From assembly GCA_004022145.1 (NCBI GenBank), contig RCNU01000015.1: DNA of 64,000 nt. One strand, written 5' to 3'. The notes beneath the pieces are model-generated. The model did no database searches. It was not told where the DNA came from and saw only the letters and a list, made by a program, of their open reading frames with translations. Position 1 is the first letter of the stretch, and each line of letters begins with the position of its first letter. Positions 13,576 to 25,920 of this stretch are shown piece by piece. Both the position numbers and the translations under genes were made by a program. This DNA is from Paecilomyces variotii. Lineage: Eukaryota.

Positions 13576-15350
13576 ATGCAGTCGTTCGTTCGACCCCACG
13601 AATATGTCGCTTTGCGACTGCCCTCCGATCAGACCAAGGTTATCCAGCTCGTGCCCAACACGTAAGTTGCCCAATGTCTATGCTGCATTGCGTACCATGC
13701 AGCCGTTATAGCTCTCTCCATATAACATTGTTATCTTACTGAAAAATTCTCTCTAGGACTGTTTCGCTCGGAAAGTATGGCAGCTTCCCCGCAAACCAAA
13801 TTATCGGACGCCCCTTCTATCTGACCTTTGAAATCCTCGATCAACCCGAAGAGAAGCATGGCCATATCCTCCGAGTGGTTCCGGCGACCGAGCTACATGC
13901 GGAGGCCCTGATAGCCGAAGGGTCGGGCGAGGCGGACGGCGAAGGAGAAGATCTCGAACCCAATGGCGACGCCGACGTGAACATGCGCACTAATCGCGAG
14001 ACCGTCGATGATGTCTCCAGTCAAAAGTTGACGTTGGCAGAGATTGAAGCATTGAAGAAGGAGTCCAGTGACGCCGGCAGAGAGATCATCGCTAAGCTGC
14101 TGGAGTCGCATTCGGCCATCGATCAGAAGACGGCCTTCTCGCTAGCCAAATACACCCTGAGAAAACGAAAGAAGTATCTGAAACGGTTCACCGTGCTTCC
14201 AATGGATGTGAATCTACTGACAGAATGGATGCTGAACGAAAAAGATGCGTCTAAGGTGATGGAGTTGCGGGATGAATTGATTGGGCTCATCGGATGTTGG
14301 GGCAACGTCCACCACAGCGGGGACATGTCGCTCGACAATGCTGTTGCATCAAAGCCCAATGGACGTTATCTTATTGTAGATGACACCGGTGGTCTCGTGG
14401 TTGCGGCAATGGCGGAGCGAATGGGCATACTCTACCCTCCCCACGACGACGACGTCGATCTAGACTTGGAAACTCCACAGGCACAGGAACAGCATCCCAA
14501 GCGGCAACCCATGTCGGCGTCGAGCAATACTCTCACGCTGGTTCACCCCTATTCACAGCCCAATGTCTCCCTGCTGAAATACTTCGGATTCGACCAGAAC
14601 GATCCTGATCCATTGCATCCCCTCACTGCCCATCTCAAGACCGTTTCCTGGCTGCAGCTGGTCGACCCCAACGCAGACTCTGTTTACGGGGCCGAGCCAG
14701 AGGTCCTGTCAGAAGAAGCTCTGCAGGCGTTGAAGCCGAACAAACGTAGTTCATATCATCGCAAGCGGAACCGTTGGGCCCGCGTCCACACTGTCGTCGA
14801 CGAGACTCGTGCAGGAGAATTCGACGGTCTCATCGTGGCAACGCTCATGAACCCCACCTCGGTGCTGAAGCATGCTGTGCCACTGCTGGCAGGGGGTGCT
14901 TCCGTGGTTGTATACTCGCCTACTGTTGAGCCTCTGGTCGAGCTGGCTGATCTGTACTCGACTGCCCGGAAAACGGCCTACATCAACATTAAGCGTGAAT
15001 TGGAAGAGAAGCAGCCGGACGAGGCTCAGGTGAAGAGAGACTCTCCCGAATCTGCACAAACCCCATCCGCGGGAGTTTCAAGCCTTCCAGACCTCAGCGC
15101 CGATTTCCCTGTCGACCCGACGCTCCTCCTCGCGCCGACTCTGCAGACTTCTCGCGTCCGCCAGTGGCAGGTCCTTCCTGGACGAACACATCCCCTGATG
15201 TCCGGCCGTGGAGGTGCAGAAGGCTACATCTTCCATGGGAACCGGGTACTTCCTGCGCAGGCCCACGTGGAAGCGCGTGGCCATGCCAGCCGTAAGAAGA
15301 GAAAGGTGGTCACCGCTGATACAAGCCAAGGTGTTGAGGTACAGTCATAG
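13576..15350 (+). CDS. TRM6: tRNA m1A58 methyltransferase non-catalytic subunit; intron ~13662-13757
   Basis: SLGKYGSFP..IIGRPFY.TFE, QKLT.AEIE.LK, F/IDQKTAFSLAKY..RKRKKY and RQWQVLPGRTHPLM..RGGAEGY are Gcd10/Trm6 motifs. Confidence 0.93.
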
Positions 15351-15807
15351 ACATCAATTCTTTTGCTTTTCTAATATCTGCATCGTATTGGGGTGTTCTG
15401 GATTTTATTTCCAATCTAAGGCGCGGGTATACAAAAAAGTGGAGGTCACTGCATTTCTTTTTTTTTCTTCCTTTCCTCCTGGACGGTTATGAACATGTGT
15501 ATAATTAGATGAGCGGACATGCCTGTTTCAGACAAAAGCTTTACATGGGCTAAGAGCCACAACATCTAACCCGATATTCGAATCGGAATTGCTCCCTTAT
15601 TGCTTAGCTTTATGCGTTTTTCTCGTTTGTAGAACCGGACTCTGGGAGAGTCGGCAGCAATCGTGAATGTCTAATATACTACGTCGTTGTCCGGACGAGA
15701 AGCAGAAACACCTAAAACATAGCATTGGAACAAGCCGCGCCCTGTAAAGCAGGTATTTACGGCCAAACTAACCACGTACGCTATCAGAGGTAAAAGGAGG
15801 AAGCTAT

Positions 15808-16753
15808 TTACAGACTCTTTCCCATGAACTTCCGCTTGGCAAAGCTTAGCCACCACTGTATATAAGCGTCAGTCAGATATAGGGATCCCGATAAAGTAGA
15901 ATCTAGAACGGGGTCCTCGCAACTCACCTTGGACGGACCCACACCGCCCGGGTATAATCTCGCATGCAATCGAACAGCAATCTCTTGTCGCACTTGGGAG
16001 ATGTACCTATTGAAGTCAGTCTACACGTATGCAAGCTTATGGAACGGATGATACGTACTGTCTGAGCGTTTCTGCGTCTTGGCGATCGCGGGGAGGCTCA
16101 AAGGCCTGGTTCAGGGGGAAAGACACGTCACCGGGAATCGCGAATTGGTCGAGAGCAGCATTGATCAGAGCCTATGTCAGACAATGAATATATATCAGCT
16201 CCTGAGTGCAGCTTTAACACCAGGGGAAGGATTGACAACCCACCTTCTCTGCCTCTCTGGCTGTCATGCCCGGCTTCACCTTGCTCAGGCACTCGCTGAC
16301 GAACAGGATACCGTAGATCAGCATGCGGTCGGCGGGCCCCTTGATCTCGAAGTTGCGGAAGAAGGCATTGGCACGGAAAAGAGAGAGGATCTCATCGACA
16401 CAGTCGTACGACTCGCTATCGGGGTCAACATCGACGTCGGACGTCGAGGGCGGAAGCGCGGGGAGAGTGTATGCGGGGCCGCGTGTGCGGGTGCGGAGGG
16501 GGAGGAGCGGGAAATTGCCTGTGAGCGCAGCGGAGTAAGTATATGTGGATGACTCTTCTTGTCATTGAGAGCGTATATGGCTAGGGGGGGAATGCCCTGA
16601 GAGGAGGAGGGGAGGGCGAAGTCGTGTGTCGTACCTATCACGGCAACACCTTGGTCCTCCAGGAAGATGGAATGGTATGCCTAGCGGTCACAGCAGTCAG
16701 CAAAACAAACGCCTTCCACGAGAGATAGGGTCAAACCCGTGACATACAGGCAT
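15808..16753 (-). CDS. ARC18: ARP2/3 complex 21 kDa subunit (ARPC3); multi-exon
   Basis: Spliced product MPAYHSIFL..GNFPLLPLRTRTRGPAY..DEILSLFRANAFFRNFEIKGPADRMLIY..FAIPGDVSFPLNQAF..SKWWLSFAKRKFMGKSL. Confidence 0.95.
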
Positions 16754-17053
16754 GGCGGAGATAGTTCGCAAGACAACACGTCCCACCAGAACCAGTCTAT
16801 GTAGGATGGTTGTGTTGACTGCTGCCCTGGAGATGTTCTGGACAGAAGAGCCGTTGGGCGGACAGCTCGACGTCCGCATGTCATCGACGTACAGTAGGGC
16901 TGACCGCCCAATGATTTTCCGGCGCCGAACCTCTTTACGCGCTCGCTCGCCCGACGCGTCGAGTTGATGATTTCCTTTGAACATTTGCTCTGACTTCTTT
17001 CTCGGTTCATTGGGTTCAATTTCAAACCTATATTATAATTAATTGTCCCAAGG

Positions 17054-18459
17054 ATGTCCGATTACGAGGATGAAATGGATGTAGATGCCCCTCCTAAGGG
17101 TGCGATCCAGTTCAGCTCCGACAGTACGGCCAAAGGAAAGCGAACAGCTGCAGACCTGCCAGTTGAAGCGCAGGACAACCTACCTTGGTGCGAATGGAAG
17201 ACCTCAGAATGCCGTGATGGTACTCTAACGTACAGTTTAGGGTCGAGAAATACCGTCCCAATAGCCTAGACGATGTCGCCGGTCACCAAGATATTCTCGC
17301 TACCATTAACAAATTCATCGAGTCAAATGTAGGATATCCCTGTTGAGAGCGTCGTGATTCTTTGCTGAGCTTGTTCGCAGCGATTACCGCATCTCCTCCT
17401 TTACGGTCCCCCGGGAACTGGAAAAACGTCCACGATTCTTGCCCTCGCACGACGAATTTACGGCACCAAAAACATGCGACAGATGGTGCTGGAGCTGAAT
17501 GCAAGTGATGACCGAGGCATTGATGTCGTGCGAGAACAAATCAAAACCTTTGCGAGTGCGTTGCATCATCTCCCTCTCCAGGATGCGCAAGAAAGCTGAC
17601 CCTGCTTTGGCAGGTACCAAGCAGATCTTCTCCATAGCACCTCAAACCTCGGGATCAGGGTTGGGTGCCTTCAAACTGATTATCCTCGATGAGGCAGATG
17701 CGATGACGGCCACCGCGCAGATGGCATTGCGTCGGATCATGGAGAAATATACCGCCAACACACGGTTCTGCATCATAGCCAACTACACGCACAAGCTATC
17801 ACCAGCACTGCTATCACGGTGTACAAGATTCCGGTTCAGCCCTCTAAAGGAGGCCGATATCCGGTCGTTAGTAGACCAGGTCGTTGAGAAGGAGCACGTG
17901 CGCATCCAGCCGGAGGCAGTGGATAGTCTGGTGAAGCTCAGTAAGGGCGATATGCGACGAGCCCTGAACGTGCTCCAAGCATGCCATGCAAGCAGTCAGT
18001 CCCCTTTAACCGCAATGGTTGATTTGCAACCCGCTAACAATACTAGGCATACCGCTCCCTCTGCGAAACGAACCCAAGGACCGACCACTGCCCGAGCCAG
18101 AAACGATCACCAACGAGACCATCTACGACTGCATTGCCGCACCTCACCCGTCAGATATCCGCGAGATCGTCTCTACGCTTCTAGCCACCAGCGATGTCAC
18201 GTCGTGTCTGACGACGCTCAACACGCTCAAGGCCAACAAGGGACTGGCCTTGGCTGATATATTGACAGCACTAGGCGAGCAGCTGCAGAAACTTGAAGTG
18301 CCGGCACAGACGAGAGTCACTTGGCTCGAGGGCCTGGCTGAAGTTGAATGGCGACTGTCCGGCGGTGGCTCGGAAACCCTACAGACGGGCGGACTGGTTG
18401 GTGTGGTACGGAATGGGTGTGAGTTAATAGGGGAGAAAGGGGTGGCTATGGAGACATGA
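17054..18459 (+). CDS. RFC3: Replication factor C small subunit (yeast Rfc3 / human RFC5 type); 4 introns
   Basis: [24 protein letters not shown] (Walker A), [29 protein letters not shown] (Walker B) and LSRCTRFRF (SRC motif). Confidence 0.94.
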
Positions 18460-19742
18460 GGTGTCTATTGTTATTGAGCGTTAAAAGAGACATTCTACAT
18501 ATGATTTGCACAAGGAGTTTCTGGGATTTGAGCTCGGTAATGATCCGGCAAGGGTTGTATACAATCTGTGTGACTTATGTAGCACCTAAAAAGCATGACA
18601 AGCATTATCGTACGAGTCTTCTATTCTGATTCGCGCAGCCTCAAACTATGGTGACATATCCTCACGTCTCTTATTGCAATAATCTCAGATTGCACTGGAG
18701 CCAAGTCAATGACTCCGACATGTGTCATGGACATTTTGCCCCCGCGGTCATCCACGGCTGGAGCTAAAAGAGAGCAGTACCAATGGATTCTTACCGCCAA
18801 TAATGCCTATCAGGCTCGAGACTGTCACTGGTCGTAAACAAGCTCGTAAAGAGAGTGGGCATCTTGTTCTGGAGGCCTTTGCTGTGAGAGTTTAGTGGCG
18901 CTGATTGGCGTCCGACAGAAGAAGAAGATAGGATGCGAAGGAAAAGGAAAGCAAGCAACCGTGCGCACGGTCAGATCAGATCAATCACTTATTATTATTA
19001 TTGCCGATGATAATCGTTAATCTTCATAGAGTCAATGTACAACTTTTCCGGTGGTTTCTCCAAGTGAGCTACGGCTCAACCCAGACTGCAGCATTCATCT
19101 CCGCGGGCAACTTAACAACCTGAGGCCGATTAGTGACCGTCGTTAGTCAACGATGGCGAGTGTCTCTTTGCACATCTCCATCTCCGCGGCCAGATCTGGA
19201 ATCCAGTCTGCCCTGTCAAGCCTGCAAGATAATTAAGCCGGCATCGGTCAATGGCCCACTTGAGCGGCCGAGCTTCTTTCGATCGTTCCTATTAATCTGG
19301 ACTTGCGATAGACTAGCCCAAGCCAGCCAGTTTACTTCCACTAGAGCAAGTGTCGGACCTATCCGCCCAATGGCTTGAAGTTTGAACCGATGAAGATTCC
19401 CTGTCACTCGTGGTTTGAGCAAATCCCCGCACACGGATCGGGAGATGCCTGTGGATGGTCCCATACTGCTACCTCGCAGAGTAGTATCGCATGGGAGAAA
19501 AGCAGAAAAGGTGCGCCGAGGAGGAGGGGTTCCAACCCCATCTTCGTCTCGATTAGCTTCCCCCGCTGATGGATTGATAAGAGAATTCCCGCGGAACCAG
19601 ACTGACTTTATATAAAGAGGGCAAGGGCAACAGAGTCCGGCGCATGGGTTTTGTCCTCCTGGTGATTCCCGTGCACATCGCAACTCGAGTCGTCAAGTGG
19701 TAGAGGCTCATAGTAACGCTGACGGCCCTACAATCGTGCACG

Positions 19743-21182
19743 ATGCAGTCCATTTCGTCCAGCCTTCTGCTGGCCCTCACGGCGCTGCCTCTGGGCCAGC
19801 TCGTCGCCGCAGAGAGAGTCCTGGGCGCCTATATGTTTGTGCGCCATGGAGATCGGACCTCCAAGTCAACGCCGCCCACCGTCCTGACAGACCTGGGCTA
19901 CCGCGAGGTGTACATGGCCGGTAGCTACTACCATGATCGTTACATCTCCGCCAATTCGTCCCTCCAGATCCAGGGCATCAACGATGAGCTTGTCTCCACG
20001 ACCCAGGTCATCGCCTCCGCCCCGGACGACGACGTGCTGATGAACTCGGCCACCGGCTTCCTTCAGGGTCTCTACCCCCCCGTGGGCTCGACTGCGACGC
20101 AGACTCTCCGCAATGGCACCACCGTGGAGGCCCCGTTGAATGGCTATCAGCTGATCCCCGTCGCGGAGGTCTCAACCGGTTCCAACAGCGAGAACTCGGC
20201 CTGGTTGCAGGCCTCGAGCGACTGCCAGAAGGCCGAGGTCAGCAGCAACAACTACTTCAGCTCTCCGCAGTACAACAGTCTGTTGGAGTCCACCAAGAGC
20301 TTCTACCAGGGCCTGTCTCCCATGCTGAACCGCACGTTCACCGAGGATGAGATGACCTACAAGAATGCCTACACCATCTTCGACTATCTCAACGTTGCCT
20401 CGATCCACAACTCGAGCAGCGATTTCCCCTCGGCCGACCTGCTGACTCCCCAGGTCTTCCAGCAGCTCCAGGTCCTGGCCAACATCCACGAGTACAATCT
20501 GGCCTACAATGCCTCAGACCCCGTTCGCGCCATCCTTGGTGCTGTTCTGGCCGGTCAGGTCGTCCAGGCATTGAACGAGACCATCACCTCCGGCGGCAAA
20601 TCAAAGCTGAACATCCAGTTTGGCGCCTATGGCACTTTCCAGTCCTACTTCGGTCTCGCCCAGCTGCCTGCTGCGTCCGTCAACTTCACGGGTATCCCCG
20701 ATTACGCCTCCTCGATGTCGTGGGAGCTGGTCACCAACTCGACTGAAACCATGCCCCCTGCGTCCGATATCAAGGTGCGATTCCTGTTCCACAACAGCAC
20801 CATCACCGCTGGATCCGAGCCCACAGTGTACCCGCTCTTTGGCCAGGACAACACTCTCCTGTCCTGGTCCGACTTTGTCGACGGCACGAACAAGTTCGCT
20901 GTTTCCTCTCAGGAGCAGTGGTGCCAGGCTTGTGGCAACACTGACAGCACCTGCGCGTCCACCAGCTCCGGCAACTCCTCCTCCACTTCCAGCACTTCCG
21001 GCTCCCATCACGGCATGTCTCTTGCCGTTGCCGGTGTCATCGGAGCCATGGTCACTCTGGGTGTCATCCTCGGTCTCGAGGCGCTGTTCTTCCTGCTGGG
21101 TGGATTCAGACTCGCCAAGAGGAGAGCTGCCGGCCCAGCTATTGCCAGCACCGTCGTGGAAGACAAGAGGACCTCCGTTTAA
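19743..21182 (+). CDS. Histidine acid phosphatase superfamily protein with signal peptide and C-terminal TM helix; single exon
   Basis: Signal peptide, RHGDRT motif, many N-x-S/T sites, a Ser-rich stalk, TM segment LAVAGVIGAMVTLGVILGL; TATATAAAG at ~19609. Confidence 0.88.
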   Translation: MQSISSSLLLALTALPLGQLVAAERVLGAYMFVRHGDRTSKSTPPTVLTDLGYREVYMAGSYYHDRYISANSSLQIQGINDELVSTTQVIASAPDDDVLMNSATGFLQGLYPPVGSTATQTLRNGTTVEAPLNGYQLIPVAEVSTGSNSENSAWLQASSDCQKAEVSSNNYFSSPQYNSLLESTKSFYQGLSPMLNRTFTEDEMTYKNAYTIFDYLNVASIHNSSSDFPSADLLTPQVFQQLQVLANIHEYNLAYNASDPVRAILGAVLAGQVVQALNETITSGGKSKLNIQFGAYGTFQSYFGLAQLPAASVNFTGIPDYASSMSWELVTNSTETMPPASDIKVRFLFHNSTITAGSEPTVYPLFGQDNTLLSWSDFVDGTNKFAVSSQEQWCQACGNTDSTCASTSSGNSSSTSSTSGSHHGMSLAVAGVIGAMVTLGVILGLEALFFLLGGFRLAKRRAAGPAIASTVVEDKRTSV

Positions 21183-22727
21183 AGGCTTGTGTTGGAAACC
21201 AGAATTGCAACACATACTTCTGAGTTTGTCATCTTTCATGCTCAACCACCTGACTTATGTCCAGCGCATGATCTGGACGGATATAATAACACTCAGTGCA
21301 GCTTTATGGAACCAGCTTGCTGGGCAGCCTTGTTTATCTAAGGAGCTGTCATTTAATCACGATGGGTGAAGCCCTGGTTATGAAATTTTCTATGGTTTAT
21401 ATGTCGTTAATGAAGCTACGAGCGAAAATATCAGACATGAGCAAATGAATTAAAATACCCAATTAGGTCATAAATCCAATCTCTGTAGGAGGTCAAAAGA
21501 GAGAAATGAAATAACTCTCCTCGAACGTGGATATCAAAGTCCGCTAGCGTAGTCGTAATTGACTGATCTGCCACAATCCGTGAGTGAGAATCGACTCTAC
21601 AACTCAGACAATACTTACCTAGGTACCTAAGTACTCGGAACCCCGCATCGAGACTATCCCACGCGCCACGATCAGCATGATACTAATTCAGCCACAGTCT
21701 GGGGCTTATACGAGATGAGCTGTTAGCCTGTTACTATCCTCTATCCCCCTTTCTGCCCGGAGGGAAACAAACACCAACTGCCGATGGCACTCATCCATCT
21801 TCTTGCCCATGAACACCTTAAGTAGTTTGTCCTGGATGCTAACTAGGCACGCAGCTAGCGCTACTGAACAAGGCTTTCAAACCTGACCATAGGTATTGCA
21901 AGGAACGATGATACTAAGCTTCGCTTGAACCAAATCGAGATATAAAATGAAGCTAGCGAGCAAGGCTCGGCCAGAAACAGCCTTCGCGTTGACACGCAAT
22001 GTAAGCGAGAACCTCGACAGCTTCTGCCAGGGACAACCTTTCTAGATAGTCTCGAAGTCCGTCGGAGGCTTTTGTACGACGCTGAGGTGCTGATCAAGCC
22101 AATACCATTCGATTGGGGGCCGCTTTATACCATGTTTGCAAATGTAGGGGAGGACAAAGATTTCCAACTCGACTTTCCACCAACTCTAGCGCCCTTGGGG
22201 GTCAAGTTTCAATTTCGGATAGCGACTGATCCTACTCGTGCATATGAGATTATCTAAATATCAGGCGCCCACTAGAACCCACGCTAACCTCGAATTTTCA
22301 ATCCGAGTGGTCTCACCAGCTGTTGAAAGGTGGAGATGAGGCTCTTTGCAAGGCTCTTTCCGGTCCTTTCTTTGTCACGGCTCTTTGTTAGCTCTATGCT
22401 TCACAGGAACACCGCTGCGATTGGACGTGAGGGTGACAGAGTCACATCTCCAGGTGGTTGCCTGCGGTTTACCGCCAGTGACCATGGGATATCCCGTTTA
22501 AGCCCCCAAATTTAGCTGATTTGGGCAGTATTTCTGCGTTGCAGACTATTTAAGGTATAAAGCCGGCTCGTGTTCCTTTGTTTGGTTGTTTACTCTGTGA
22601 TTTCTCTGGCTTTTACATGTTGATCTGAAAGTAGCAGTTGCCATACTACATCGATTATCCAGTGACCATCCACACTCGTTACTTTTTGTTTTTGATTCTT
22701 CAATATCGAAACTTCCTATCTACAACC

Positions 22728-23262
22728 ATGCAGATCAAGTCTCTGGTTTTCTGCCTCCTGGCTGCCGCCAGCGGCGTTGCAGCTGGCGACTCAGCGTACG
22801 TATTACTAGACATCATCCGCTACACTACCTTCCATCAAGCAACCAGCTAACCAATACACTACACACAGCGAAGAATACCTAAGCCAAGTCGGTGTCACTG
22901 GCGTAACAAACAGCAAGACCGCTACCAAACTCGCCAGCGCGCTGAAATCCGCCTATTCCAGCATCGGAACACGATCCGATTATGAAAGCGCCCTAAGTGT
23001 GCTCAATACAGCTGTGCCCACGCTCACCAGGAGCACTTACCTCGAGCATATTGATACCACAGCGCCTCCGAAGTGGTTCACCGGACTTCCGAAGGAGGTC
23101 AAGAGTGAGCTCCTGAGTGGCCAGTCGGCCATCGACCATGTCTATACTAGCGTGTTGAAGATTAAATCGTCAAAGGGAAATGCTGCTGCTCAGCCGACGG
23201 CGCAGGTCATGGCTGGCGGAGCGGTCATGGCGGGAGCGCTGGGTGTCGTTGCCTTGTTGTAG
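22728..23262 (+). CDS. Small secreted, probably GPI-anchored protein; intron 22796-22868
   Basis: Signal peptide MQIKSLVFCLLAAASGVAA; GTACGT..GCTAAC..CAG intron joins in frame; PKWFTGLP motif; GNAA followed by hydrophobic tail MAGGAVMAGALGVVALL. Confidence 0.82.
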
Positions 23263-24207
23263 GGATTACTTTCTTCGTGAAGGATATATCCTGGAGGATG
23301 GAGGTTATTCGCGACTTTACATACCTAATTCTGCGGATGACAGTGATGCCCTTATGTGATGTGATAATAATACAATTACGAATGTAATCCGGCATGGCCA
23401 TTACCTGTACATGATATTCCAATATATTATTCAAGCCATCGTAGCTGAAAGGTCGAAGAATGGAGAGTATCTTGTCAACATGGACTAGGCTACCACATAG
23501 AAATATATCGAACACTTACTGTAATCTCTATATTTCTAGTGTAGATACTCCCTAGAAAACAGGAATGGCCAAATCAATGCAAAACAGAAACGGACACCAA
23601 TCTAATAAAAAAATATACTGTCAAATTCCCCTATTTCGATGGAAAAGATTTCCACAATTCTGACCTCATCGCCTTTGGAATGATCTATTCGCCCAACATA
23701 TTGCATACCACAGAAAACCAAAAATAAAAACATAGGAGAATCTGAAATCTAACCACAATAACACATCGAATGAAATAAGTAGTAATAGTAAAACTCCAAA
23801 GTCGACAATTTTCGCGCAGTTTGAGATATGGACGCGGCACATGACCGCGGAATTCCCCATTAGGTAACTAACTTACTGCCACTGAGCTCATCCTAGTTTC
23901 TCAACTACCTTAATCAATTAACTGAATTACCCTCCCGACAGCAACTGTTCACTCTGGATCATAGCGCTACTTGAAGCGCAACCTCCGCGCTTGTCGCCTC
24001 TACTCGACTAGCGGACTTGCACCAAGGAATACTCAATTCCAAAAGCTTGTTCTTGTCGACCACCCTCCGCGGAGGGACGGTCCTGACGCTCAAATTCGCC
24101 GCGCGAAACATAACTATAATATACAACTACTCTTATCTCCCTGCATATAGTCTAACTCCGATTTTCCAAACGACGTACATAGACGAACCGAACTATCATC
24201 ATCAGAA

Positions 24208-25920
24208 ATGTCCTCCCACTACAATACTGAGCCGCCACCAACGGCGTCCGCGACGCTGCACACGACCGTCGGACCGCTCCACATCTCCCTCTTCGCGAAA
24301 CAGACCCCTCTCGCATGCAAAAACTTCCTCCAACACTGCCTGGACGGCTACTACGTGGGCACGATTTTCCACCGCGTAGTACCCAATTTCGTCATCCAGG
24401 GCGGAGACCCCACGGGGACAGGATCCGGGGGTACGTCCATCTACGAAGAGCCGGAATTCGAATACGATCCGGAAGGACGAGATCCGAACGAGAAGGTCGT
24501 GTTCAAGGATGAATTCCACAGTCGGTTACGCTTCAACCGGCGTGGTCTGCTGGGTATGGCCAAGGGCGAGGATGGTTCTTACGGGAGCCAGTTCTTCATC
24601 ACGTTAGCGAACACGGAGCGTGAGATGAACAACACCTGTACGCTCTTCGGGCGCATTGAAGGCGACAGCATCTACAATGTGGTGAAGATCGCGGATGCGG
24701 AATTAGTGGAGGGGACAGAACGGCCGGTCTACGGAATAAGAATTACTGGAAGCGAGGTGAACGACCTCGGGCCGTTTGAGGGCAAGCTCAGAAAAAGAGA
24801 CAAGGTCGCCGTGGCCGAGAAGAAAGAGGAGGAAAGGCCGGTGGTTAAGAAAAAGAAGAAGGCCAAGGGTGGAAAGACGCTGTTGAGTTTCGGCGGAGAT
24901 GAGGCGGAGGATGAGGACATGCCTGCGGTGCCTGCGAAGCCGAAATTCAATACGAAGCTCGTCTCCGACGGGGGCGTGCTGGAGAAGGAACCTAAAACGA
25001 AGGCCAAGAAGGAAGAGGAGAAGGAAACGACAGATGCAGTGAAGGCAGAGCCAGAACCACGGCCGCGGAAACGACAACGATCAAAATCACCGTCCCGTAG
25101 TCCAGAGGATCGCAGACACCGTCCAAAGACACCCGATCCTAATCTGCAATTACCATTGCCTAATCCAGAGGAGCCTTCTCGATCCCCGCCTAGGTCACCC
25201 ACTCCGCCACTGCGAAAATCTGCGCTCGAAAAAGCCAATGAGGAGATCGCCTCTCTGAAGGCGTCCATGAAACGAAACATCGCTACCGCCCCTGTCGAAA
25301 CAGGGAGAAAGAAATCCGCGCTGGAAGAGATGATCCCAGAGACGTCGATCCGCGGTCGCAGACGTCCACCTCCAGGCAGCGCCAGCGGCGTGGGCAAGGG
25401 GAGCAGCACGAATGGCTTGACGGGCTTCAGCAGCCCCGCTGAAGCAGAGGCTCTCAAGCTCTTCAACGCCTTCAAGGCACGTCTCGAAAGCGCTGACGCC
25501 CACACTCATCACAACGAAACGCACAAAGGGAGAAAATCCAGTACTGCAGAGCGGCAAAATGACGCAGGCGAAGAGGACGAAGAAGCTCAACTCTGCGATT
25601 TACATTTCATCGCAAACTGCCAGTCCTGCAAGGCATGGGACGATCCGGAGGCAGAAGCCAAAGAAGCCGCTGACGACGATGACGATCACAGCTGGATGAC
25701 ACACGAACTGCGCTTTGGCAAGGACAAGTTCGGAAAGGACCTTAACTGGAAGAAACAGCATGAGGAAGCGGACTCGTTAGTAGTGATTGATCCGCGACAA
25801 AGAGAGAAAGAAATCGTCGGCGAGCGGCGAAAAGGCAGAGTCAGCGCGCGGGATCAAGAGCGAGAATTGAAGCGGGGTCGGACGGGAGATCTAGAATGGG
25901 ATCGCGAGCGGAGGCGGTGA
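24208..25920 (+). CDS. CWC27: Spliceosomal cyclophilin CWC27; single exon
   Basis: MSSHYNTEPP.TA, PLACKNFLQHCLDGYY..TIFHRVVPNFVIQGGDPTGTG, DEFHSRLRFNRRGLLGMA; C-terminal LCDLHFIANCQSCK and WMTHELRF. Confidence 0.95.
   Translation: MSSHYNTEPPPTASATLHTTVGPLHISLFAKQTPLACKNFLQHCLDGYYVGTIFHRVVPNFVIQGGDPTGTGSGGTSIYEEPEFEYDPEGRDPNEKVVFKDEFHSRLRFNRRGLLGMAKGEDGSYGSQFFITLANTEREMNNTCTLFGRIEGDSIYNVVKIADAELVEGTERPVYGIRITGSEVNDLGPFEGKLRKRDKVAVAEKKEEERPVVKKKKKAKGGKTLLSFGGDEAEDEDMPAVPAKPKFNTKLVSDGGVLEKEPKTKAKKEEEKETTDAVKAEPEPRPRKRQRSKSPSRSPEDRRHRPKTPDPNLQLPLPNPEEPSRSPPRSPTPPLRKSALEKANEEIASLKASMKRNIATAPVETGRKKSALEEMIPETSIRGRRRPPPGSASGVGKGSSTNGLTGFSSPAEAEALKLFNAFKARLESADAHTHHNETHKGRKSSTAERQNDAGEEDEEAQLCDLHFIANCQSCKAWDDPEAEAKEAADDDDDHSWMTHELRFGKDKFGKDLNWKKQHEEADSLVVIDPRQREKEIVGERRKGRVSARDQERELKRGRTGDLEWDRERRR

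Noticed and set aside
12983-13711. 242 aa ORF in the MINDY/TRM6 divergent promoter
   Set aside because: TTG start, no motifs, and it overlaps TRM6 exon 1 out of frame.
21611-21635. ATACTTACCT, matching the U1 snRNA 5' end
   Set aside because: It continues as a TACCTAGGTA palindrome; no U1 stem-loops or Sm site follow.
21880-22257. Possible decayed coding remnant (..LLYDAEVLIKPIPFDWGPLY..)
   Set aside because: No recognisable family; contains stops; unsupported without a search.
24208-24760. Degenerate PPIase active site in CWC27
   Set aside because: Loss of activity is already known for CWC27-family cyclophilins.
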